IMG/VR virus record: IMGVR_UViG_3300045988_107309
Source of the DNA: a virus
Strand: one strand, 5' to 3'
DNA: 64,000 bases
Shown one piece after another: positions 46,542 through 53,564 of the stretch; position 1 is the first letter of the stretch; the number at the start of each line of letters is the position of its first letter. Below the pieces are notes generated by a model. It had not been told where the DNA came from and searched no databases. It worked only from the letters and a program-made list of their open reading frames with translations. The position numbers and the translations under genes were made by a program.

Positions 46542-48679
46542 ATTTGAGTGATTACACTATCATTAAGAAAGATGGAACTCTTGAACCTTTTAAGCCGGAG
46601 AAGATTGTCAATGCTGTTACAAAATCTTCTAATAGGGTTATGATTACCCTCAGTGAACAGAAGAAGCAGGAGATTGTAAGAGAAGTTGAAGAAGCTGTTT
46701 TGAAAAAGGAAAACACACAGATTCCAGTGCCGGAAATGCACAATCTTGTAGAACTTGCACTGGATAAGATTGACCCAGTGATTGCAAAAAGCTACAGAGA
46801 CTACAGGAACTATAAACATGACTTTGTACACATGATGGACCAAGTGTATGTGAAGTCACAGAGTATCAGACATATTGGTGATAAGGAGAACAGTAACACA
46901 GACAGCACACTTGTTGCCACTAAGAGGTGTCTGATATTTAATGAGTTAAACAAAAGACTTTACCGCAGGTTCTTTATGACAAAAGATGAACTCCAAGCGT
47001 GTAAGGAAGGGTATATATATATCCACGACCAGTCGGCTCGTTTAGACACAATGAACTGTTGCCTGTTTGATATTGCCAGTGTAATGAGTGGTGGTTTTGA
47101 AATGGGTAATCAGTGGTACAATGAACCGAAAACTCTTGACACTGCCTTTGATGTACTGGGAGACATTATTCTGTCTTGTGCTTCACAGCAGTATGGTGGA
47201 TTTACAGTGCCGGAGGTAGATAAGATTTTAGCACCTTACGCAGAAAAGAGTTACAAGAAATACATGGAGGAATACCTTGAGATTAGAGGTCAACAGACAG
47301 TGACTAAAGATTGTGCTGACTGGGCTTTCCGCAAAGTAGAAAGAGACTATGAACAGGGATTTCAAGGTATTGAAATGAAGCTCAACACTGTGGGGAGTTC
47401 CAGAGGTGACTATCCATTCATCACTATGACTTTAGGGTTAGGAACACAGCGTTTTGAAAAACTTGCTTCTATCACTTTCCTCAGAGTACACAAAGAGGGT
47501 CAAGGTAAGCCGGGATTTAAGAAACCTGTACTCTTCCCGAAAATCGTATTTCTGTATGATGAAGAACTTCATGGTGAAGGGTGTGTCAATGAAGATGTAT
47601 TTGAAGCAGGTATTGACTGTTCCAGTAAGACCATGTACCCAGACTGGTTATCATTAACTGGTGAGGGATATGTAGCTGAAATGTACAAAAAGTATAAGAG
47701 AGTTGTCAGTCCTATGGGTTGTAGAGCGTTCCTTTCTCCGTGGTATGAACGTGGAGGAATGACACCTGCTGATGAAGATGATAAGCCAGTGTTTGTAGGA
47801 AGATTTAACATTGGTGCTGTCAGTCTTCATCTTCCAATGATACTTGCCAAAGCCAGAAGAGAGAATAAGGATTTCTTTGAAGTGCTTGACTATTACCTTG
47901 AAATGATTAGAGGTATTCACAAGAGAACTTATGATTATCTGGGTGAAATGAGAGCAAGTGTCAATCCAGTAGCTTACTGTGAAGGTGGTTTCTATGGTGG
48001 ACACTTACAGCCACATGAAAAGATTAAACCACTTTTGAAATACACAACAGCGTCTTTTGGGTTCACAGCTTTAAATGAACTCCAAGAGTTATACAACGGA
48101 AAGTCACTTGTTGAAGATGGTGAGTTTGCTTTAAAGGCTATTCAACACATCAACACCAGAATACAGCAGTACAAAGCAGAGGATAATATTCTGTATGCTA
48201 TCTATGGAACTCCGGCAGAAAGTCTTTGTGGACTCCAAGTAGAACAGTTCCGTAAAGAGTTTGGTATTGTTGAAAAGGTGAGTGACAGACCTTATGTGTC
48301 AAACTCTTTCCATTGTCACGTTACAGAGGATATTACTCCTATTCAGAAACAAGACCTTGAAAAGAGATTCTGGGATTTATCCAATGGTGGTAAAATCCAG
48401 TATGTAAGATACCCATTAGGGTACAATGTTGAAGCAATCCGCACACTTGTAAGGAGAGCCATGAAAATGGGATTCTATGAGGGTGTGAACCTGTCTTTAG
48501 CATATTGTGATGATTGTGGACACCAAGAACTTGAAATGGACGTATGCCCTGTATGCGGTTCTAAGAATCTGACAAAAATTGACCGTATGAATGGATACTT
48601 GTCTTATTCCAGAGTGAAAGGTGATACAAGACTCAATTCAGCTAAAATGGCTGAGATTGCAGAAAGAAAATCAATGTAA
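46538..48679 (+). CDS. nrdD: anaerobic ribonucleoside-triphosphate reductase (class III)
   Basis: 713 aa with an N-terminal ATP-cone-like region, C-terminal CDDCGH...CPVCGS and a glycyl-radical RMNGYL motif. Confidence 0.9.
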   Translation: MNLSDYTIIKKDGTLEPFKPEKIVNAVTKSSNRVMITLSEQKKQEIVREVEEAVLKKENTQIPVPEMHNLVELALDKIDPVIAKSYRDYRNYKHDFVHMMDQVYVKSQSIRHIGDKENSNTDSTLVATKRCLIFNELNKRLYRRFFMTKDELQACKEGYIYIHDQSARLDTMNCCLFDIASVMSGGFEMGNQWYNEPKTLDTAFDVLGDIILSCASQQYGGFTVPEVDKILAPYAEKSYKKYMEEYLEIRGQQTVTKDCADWAFRKVERDYEQGFQGIEMKLNTVGSSRGDYPFITMTLGLGTQRFEKLASITFLRVHKEGQGKPGFKKPVLFPKIVFLYDEELHGEGCVNEDVFEAGIDCSSKTMYPDWLSLTGEGYVAEMYKKYKRVVSPMGCRAFLSPWYERGGMTPADEDDKPVFVGRFNIGAVSLHLPMILAKARRENKDFFEVLDYYLEMIRGIHKRTYDYLGEMRASVNPVAYCEGGFYGGHLQPHEKIKPLLKYTTASFGFTALNELQELYNGKSLVEDGEFALKAIQHINTRIQQYKAEDNILYAIYGTPAESLCGLQVEQFRKEFGIVEKVSDRPYVSNSFHCHVTEDITPIQKQDLEKRFWDLSNGGKIQYVRYPLGYNVEAIRTLVRRAMKMGFYEGVNLSLAYCDDCGHQELEMDVCPVCGSKNLTKIDRMNGYLSYSRVKGDTRLNSAKMAEIAERKSM

Positions 48680-48706
48680 TTATTGAAGAAAGGAAGGTAG
48701 CACTTA

Positions 48707-48982
48707 ATGAGTAATGAAAGTATTAAAGTACTGAGAATTTCCGGCTCGTCTCCTACAAAGGAGACTGCCGGGAGCATTGTTAAGACCTACGAAGCAGGTC
48801 ATACAAAGATTGAGTTAAGAGCCATTGGAGCGTCAAGTGTAAACCAGATGTTCAAAGCTATGGCTACTGCCAGTAGTATCTTTGCTCAAAAAGGAAAAGT
48901 CTTATCTTTTAGACCGGGATATGATGTAGCAGACATTGACGGTGATAAGACTGTGTTAATCGCAAGACTGATTGTGGAATAA
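48707..48982 (+). CDS. spoVS: SpoVS-like protein
   Basis: 91 aa. IKVLRISGSS..TAGSIV......IELRAIGASSVNQMFKAMA parallels stage V sporulation protein S. Confidence 0.65.
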   Translation: MSNESIKVLRISGSSPTKETAGSIVKTYEAGHTKIELRAIGASSVNQMFKAMATASSIFAQKGKVLSFRPGYDVADIDGDKTVLIARLIVE

Positions 48983-48998
48983 GAAAGGAGAATTTATT

Positions 48999-49520
48999 AT
49001 GTATTTTAAAGAAGCATTAGAAGCTATGAAACAGGGTCACAAAGTTAAACTCCCGTCATGGGGTGGTTACTGGTGTTGGGATAATGACAAACAGACCATT
49101 ATGATGTACTGTAAACAGGAAGACGTTGACAAGGGGCAGAAGTCACCTTTAGATATTCGTGAGACACAGAGGGTTGAATACACTCTCACAAATGTTCTCA
49201 GTGATGAATGGGTGATTGCAGATGAACACAACACTCCTTTAATGGGTGGTGTTGCAACATTCTCTTTCGGTGAAGCAATTAAGTACATGAAACGTGGATT
49301 GAAAGTGAAGCGTAAAGGGTGGAATGGTAAGAACCAGTACATTGAACTTGCTTCATGTATCAGCTACAAGAATCCAGAGGGTGACATTGTGAATGTTGAG
49401 CATGAGAACATTGGTAACAATGCTATTGCCTTTGTAGGCACATCTGGTGTACAGATGGGGTGGCTTGCCAGTCAAGCAGATATGCTTGCTGATGACTGGT
49501 GTTTTGCAAAGGAGGTATAA
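48999..49520 (+). CDS. tandem DUF2829 (Tad2-like) protein
   Basis: Two repeats: FKEALEAMKQGHKVKLPSW...LSDEWVIA and FGEAIKYMKRGLKVKRKGWNGKNQYI...WLASQADMLADDWCF. Confidence 0.7.
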   Translation: MYFKEALEAMKQGHKVKLPSWGGYWCWDNDKQTIMMYCKQEDVDKGQKSPLDIRETQRVEYTLTNVLSDEWVIADEHNTPLMGGVATFSFGEAIKYMKRGLKVKRKGWNGKNQYIELASCISYKNPEGDIVNVEHENIGNNAIAFVGTSGVQMGWLASQADMLADDWCFAKEV

Positions 49521-49521
49521 T

Positions 49522-49938
49522 ATGCTGACAGTTACAAAACACTTTGGATTTGAAGCGTGTCATCACCTCCCTTACTATGAAGGTGCTTGTCACAACATTC
49601 ATGGACACTCTTACAAACTTGATGTAACAGTTGGAGGTAATATCATTAAAGATACAAACAATCCGAAGTGCGGAATGATTGTAGACTTTAAAGACTTGAA
49701 GAAGATAGTCAAGGAGAATGTAGTGGACAAATACGACCACAGTAACCTCAATGACTTTTTTGAAAATCCCACTGCTGAAATTATGGTAGTGGATATTGCC
49801 TACTCAATCATGCAGAAGTTACCGAAGGAAGTGTACCTTGTGAGTGTGAAACTGTGGGAGACTGAGGACAGTTACGCAGAATATATTCCAAGCTATGACT
49901 ACATTCAGCCGGGAAGTATTTTAAAATCAGCAACTTAA
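49522..49938 (+). CDS. queD: 6-carboxy-5,6,7,8-tetrahydropterin synthase
   Basis: FEACHHLP....CHNIHGHSYKLDV. ATG 49522 follows a GGAGG site. Confidence 0.85.
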   Translation: MLTVTKHFGFEACHHLPYYEGACHNIHGHSYKLDVTVGGNIIKDTNNPKCGMIVDFKDLKKIVKENVVDKYDHSNLNDFFENPTAEIMVVDIAYSIMQKLPKEVYLVSVKLWETEDSYAEYIPSYDYIQPGSILKSAT

Positions 49939-49951
49939 AGGAGGTAAGACT

Positions 49952-50593
49952 ATGTTATACTATGATGAAATTTTCTGTAGCATACAGGGTGAGTCTACTG
50001 ATACTGGTCTTCCTTGTGTATTTATTCGTTTGTTTGGGTGTCCTATTGGTTGTTCTTATTGCGACCAACCTCAGAAGAAAGAGGACAGAAAGAGAATTTC
50101 TGTGGGTAACATAGTCCAAACAGTACTCAAAGAGTACAAGTGGTGTAAGAACATCTGCTTGACTGGTGGAGAACCTTTAATCTATGATGAAGCACTTCCA
50201 TTGGTATATGAATTACAATCACTGGGATTTAAAGTCTCCATTGAGACGAGTGGTTGTGTTCCTTTGGAAGAACCTTGTTACAGACGAAGCTACAAATATG
50301 TGATGGACATTAAAGGTCCTTCCAGTGGAGTGAAACACAAGAACATTTATGAGAATCTTTTAAAACTCCAAAACACTGACGAGGTTAAGTATGTCATCAA
50401 GGACAGAGAAGACTATGAGTTTATGAAGGGAGTAATGAAGAAATATCCTACTTCCGCAAAAATTCTTGTCAGTCCTATGTTTGACCCAGATGGAAAAGCA
50501 TACATTGGACATGAGTTAGTTGATTGGATTCTGGAAGACCATTTAGATGTTCGTGTGCAGATACAGCTTCATAAGATTTTGGAGGTAAAGTAA
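49952..50593 (+). CDS. queE: 7-carboxy-7-deazaguanine synthase (radical SAM)
   Basis: SIQGEST..GLPCVFIRLFGCPIGCSYCD. Confidence 0.85.
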   Translation: MLYYDEIFCSIQGESTDTGLPCVFIRLFGCPIGCSYCDQPQKKEDRKRISVGNIVQTVLKEYKWCKNICLTGGEPLIYDEALPLVYELQSLGFKVSIETSGCVPLEEPCYRRSYKYVMDIKGPSSGVKHKNIYENLLKLQNTDEVKYVIKDREDYEFMKGVMKKYPTSAKILVSPMFDPDGKAYIGHELVDWILEDHLDVRVQIQLHKILEVK

Positions 50594-50594
50594 T

Positions 50595-50864
50595 ATGGCA
50601 AAGCAATATAGAAAGAAACCAGTAGTGATTGAAGCAGTGCAATTTCTGGATAACCCAGAAAGACTTTGTGAGCTTTCGGAGTTTATCACTACTCAAGATT
50701 TAAGGGTTAATTATGAAGACCCAGAAAATCCTGTACTCAAGATTGAGACACTTGAAGGTGTTATGAACGCAAGTGTGGGAGATTATATCATCAAGGGTGT
50801 CAACGGAGAATATTATCCATGCAAACCAGACATTTTTGAAAAGACTTATGAGGAGGTGAAGTAA
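50595..50864 (+). CDS. hypothetical protein inside the deazaguanine cluster
   Basis: 89-aa ORF with a ribosome-binding site. Confidence 0.5.
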   Translation: MAKQYRKKPVVIEAVQFLDNPERLCELSEFITTQDLRVNYEDPENPVLKIETLEGVMNASVGDYIIKGVNGEYYPCKPDIFEKTYEEVK

Positions 50865-50865
50865 G

Positions 50866-50943
50866 ATGGCTTGCGGAACAAAAAGTAAAGGTGGAAGTAA
50901 GAAGGGTACTAAAAAAGGAAGTAAGAAAGGTGGTAGAAAATAA
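50866..50943 (+). CDS. 25-aa Lys/Gly-rich peptide (not in the ORF track)
   Basis: MACGTKSKGGSKKGTKKGSKKGGRK. GAGGAGGTG lies upstream, and its stop forms a TAATG overlap with the next gene. Confidence 0.3.
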   Translation: MACGTKSKGGSKKGTKKGSKKGGRK

Positions 50944-51269
50944 TGTATTCAAGACCAGTTGACCCAGAAGAATTGAAATGGCAGAGAAGGGATGACGCAA
51001 GAACCTTAGCCAGAGCAGAAGAAATCAAAGCAGACAAAGAAAGATATGATGGAGCTAAGATTGGAGCTAAAGAGATTTTAGCAGAAGAGACAGCAAGACT
51101 CAATGGACTGAATAAAGTAGCAGGAAGAAAACCTGTTAGAACATCACAGCCAGAAGAGAATAAACAGCAGAGAAACGTAGGTCAACCTCTTTATCATAAT
51201 CCGGTGAATAAAGCTAAACCTTCAAGAAGTTCTCTTCCGGCTGATATTCCAGATGTGTTTCGGAGGTAG
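50943..51269 (+). CDS. hypothetical protein inside the deazaguanine cluster
   Basis: 108-aa ORF. Confidence 0.45.
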   Translation: MYSRPVDPEELKWQRRDDARTLARAEEIKADKERYDGAKIGAKEILAEETARLNGLNKVAGRKPVRTSQPEENKQQRNVGQPLYHNPVNKAKPSRSSLPADIPDVFRR

Positions 51270-51272
51270 TTT

Positions 51273-51890
51273 ATGAAAGAAAAGATTGTTGTACTTAACA
51301 GTGGTGGCTTTGATAGTGTGTGTCTGTGCCACTATGTAAGAGACCAACACCCAGACGCAGAAATTCACTCCCTTCATTTTGAATATGGAAACAGAAATCG
51401 ACTCATGGAAACTTATTGTGCTAAGAAGGTGTGTAAGAAACTGAACATGATTTATCATAATGTGAGACTTGACCCTATTAGATGGACAGCAAGTACTCTC
51501 TATGGTAGAAAACACTCAGACCCAGATGGTGACGCTCAGTATTTAGAGTACCGCAATCTTATCTTCATGGCTTATGCTTCTTCTTTAGCACAAGGAATTG
51601 GTAGTAAGAAAATCTATGTAGCTGTGATTAAATCAATTCCGGGGCATGAATACATTGACTGTACTGGTGAGTTCTTTAATAATCTTGAGCAGGTGTTGAA
51701 AGACTCTGATATAAAGATTGAAACACCATTCATAGATATGGATAAATGGGATTTTAAAGATATAGCCAGACAGCACAATATTACTCCGGCAGATTTCTTT
51801 TCATGTAACGAGCCAACACTGAAAATTTTCCCTTGTGGGAAGTGTCCAGATTGTCTTGCACTTGAAGAAATTTATGGCGAAACGTATTGA
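51273..51890 (+). CDS. queC: 7-cyano-7-deazaguanine (preQ0) synthase
   Basis: PP-loop VVLNSGGFDS and a C-terminal zinc site C..CGKCPDC. Confidence 0.85.
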   Translation: MKEKIVVLNSGGFDSVCLCHYVRDQHPDAEIHSLHFEYGNRNRLMETYCAKKVCKKLNMIYHNVRLDPIRWTASTLYGRKHSDPDGDAQYLEYRNLIFMAYASSLAQGIGSKKIYVAVIKSIPGHEYIDCTGEFFNNLEQVLKDSDIKIETPFIDMDKWDFKDIARQHNITPADFFSCNEPTLKIFPCGKCPDCLALEEIYGETY

Positions 51891-52013
51891 CTTTGATAAG
51901 CTCCTCTGATATAGTAAGAGAAGGTTAAGAAAACGTACTTTAACAGGTGTTTATGTATATTCCCCTGTTATAAGAACACCCTTAATCAAATATACAAAAA
52001 GGAGGACGAAACT

Positions 52014-52160
52014 ATGATGAAAGCATACGCAGGTCCTAGCAATGGACGTAGTGGTGGTAATTCTACTCGTAGCGGTAGAGGTGGTAATGTTATTCAGAGA
52101 GCTGGAAGAGCTATCCGTAATGGTATTTCCAACGTAGTAAACCGTGTTCGTGGTCGATAA
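52014..52160 (+). CDS. 48-aa Arg/Gly-rich basic protein (not in the ORF track)
   Basis: MMKAYAGPSNGRSGGNSTRSGRGGNVIQRAGRAIRNGISNVVNRVRGR. It has an AAAGGAGG ribosome-binding site and its own terminator. Confidence 0.45.
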   Translation: MMKAYAGPSNGRSGGNSTRSGRGGNVIQRAGRAIRNGISNVVNRVRGR

Positions 52161-52185
52161 TCGTCACACAGCCAAAAGTAAGAGA

Positions 52186-52222
52186 GCATTGGGTTGACAA
52201 TAGGTTGACCCAGTGCTTTTTT
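52186..52222 (+). terminator. rho-independent terminator
   Basis: gcattgggttgac / gttgacccagtgc form a 13-bp stem (three G-U pairs), followed by TTTTTT. Confidence 0.65.
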
Positions 52223-52305
52223 ATGTTATATGAGAGTGTTACACACTTTTTTATTGACAAATATGTGGGTTAGTGATACGCTTTCTTTTATAAGGAGGTG
52301 TTATT

Positions 52306-52989
52306 TTGTCAGTAAAGATAAACTTGATTGGAAGACACTTTGATAGATTAAAAGTTATAAAAGAACTTCCATCAACAAGTGGAAACTCTTACTGGTTATG
52401 TAAGTGTAAATGTGGAAACACCTGTAGAGTTAGAGGTCAAAATCTCATAAAAGGTATAACTAAGAGTTGTGGGTGTTTAAGAACCGAAAAAACTATTGAA
52501 AGGAGTACTTCAAAAAACACCTATAAAAAATGTGGTGAATACACTTATGTTTATGACAACCTTGGCAATAAATGTATTATTGATACAGAAGACCTTGAAA
52601 AGATTAAGCCCTACTATTGGTCTAAAAGTGATGAATACTGGATAAGTCAACGAAGAGAACTACAGAATAGCAGACTTCATAGGTTTATCCTTGATTTCCC
52701 TAATTCAGAGGATGTAGACCACATTGACGGAGACACAGATAATAATAGGAAGTGTAATTTAAGACCGTGTTCTCATAGAAACAATTCTTTAAATCATAGA
52801 GTAGCTTCAAACAATACTACTGGTGTTACAGGTGTTGTTTATGTTAAAAGAACAGGAAAATATATGGCAAGAATAAAAGTTAAAGGTAAAGATATATTTC
52901 TCGGTTATTATCAAACTTTAGAAGAAGCCAGTAAGGTCAGAAAAGAAGCAGAAATAAAATATTTTAAAGAGTATAGGAGGATAAAATGA
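52306..52989 (+). CDS. HNH endonuclease with a C-terminal AP2 DNA-binding domain (homing endonuclease)
   Basis: TTG start after AAGGAGG. VDHIDGDTDNNRKCNLRPCSHRNN (HNH) and TGVTGVVYVKRTGKYMARIKVKGKDIFLGYY (AP2). Confidence 0.8.
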   Translation: MSVKINLIGRHFDRLKVIKELPSTSGNSYWLCKCKCGNTCRVRGQNLIKGITKSCGCLRTEKTIERSTSKNTYKKCGEYTYVYDNLGNKCIIDTEDLEKIKPYYWSKSDEYWISQRRELQNSRLHRFILDFPNSEDVDHIDGDTDNNRKCNLRPCSHRNNSLNHRVASNNTTGVTGVVYVKRTGKYMARIKVKGKDIFLGYYQTLEEASKVRKEAEIKYFKEYRRIK

Positions 52990-53558
52990 ATAGCTTAGAA
53001 AAGATTGAAAAAATTAAAAATCTTCTTGATGAAGTTATGGAAGTTCTTGAAATTAAACCCACGGTAAGTAATGAGGGAACAAGCAGAAGAGTGGCTAAGA
53101 TGTGGGTGAATGAGTTATTTGCAAATGTGAATGACGCTCACATGAAGGAGTTAAAGGAGACCATGACTACCTTTCCGAATGAGTATGAGAGTGAAATGGT
53201 GATTGTAAGGGATATTGAATTTAACTCTACTTGTGAACACCACTTTTTACCTTTTTCCGGCAAAGTTACGATTGGATATGTTCCGAGTGATACTATCATT
53301 GGACTGTCAAAACTTCCAAGAGTGGTGAAGTATTTCAGTAAAAGACCACAGTTACAGGAGAAGCTGACTACAGAGATTGGAGAGTTCCTGTTTAATATGC
53401 TTGAACCTCATGCACTCTTTGTGGAAGTTGAAGCTACACATCAATGTGTGAAGTGTAGAGGTGCAGAAAGTGATTGCAGTACAGTTACTTATTTCAGAAG
53501 AACTCAGCCGGGATTTGAAGATAGTTATGGTGAGTTTAAAGAGAGAAGAAAGGGGTAA
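52986..53558 (+). CDS. folE: GTP cyclohydrolase I
   Basis: STCEHHFLPFSGKVTIGYVP..IIGLSKLPRVV..SKRPQLQEKLT. Confidence 0.85.
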   Translation: MNSLEKIEKIKNLLDEVMEVLEIKPTVSNEGTSRRVAKMWVNELFANVNDAHMKELKETMTTFPNEYESEMVIVRDIEFNSTCEHHFLPFSGKVTIGYVPSDTIIGLSKLPRVVKYFSKRPQLQEKLTTEIGEFLFNMLEPHALFVEVEATHQCVKCRGAESDCSTVTYFRRTQPGFEDSYGEFKERRKG

Positions 53559-53564
53559 CAGAAT

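Noticed and set aside
51930-52013. A possible preQ1 riboswitch upstream of the small Arg/Gly-rich ORF, expected because of the que genes
   Set aside because: The AACAGG/CCTGTT hairpin and A-rich tail do not match the preQ1-I stem-loop and ACUA/pseudoknot pattern as I recall it. A cmsearch would be needed to settle it.
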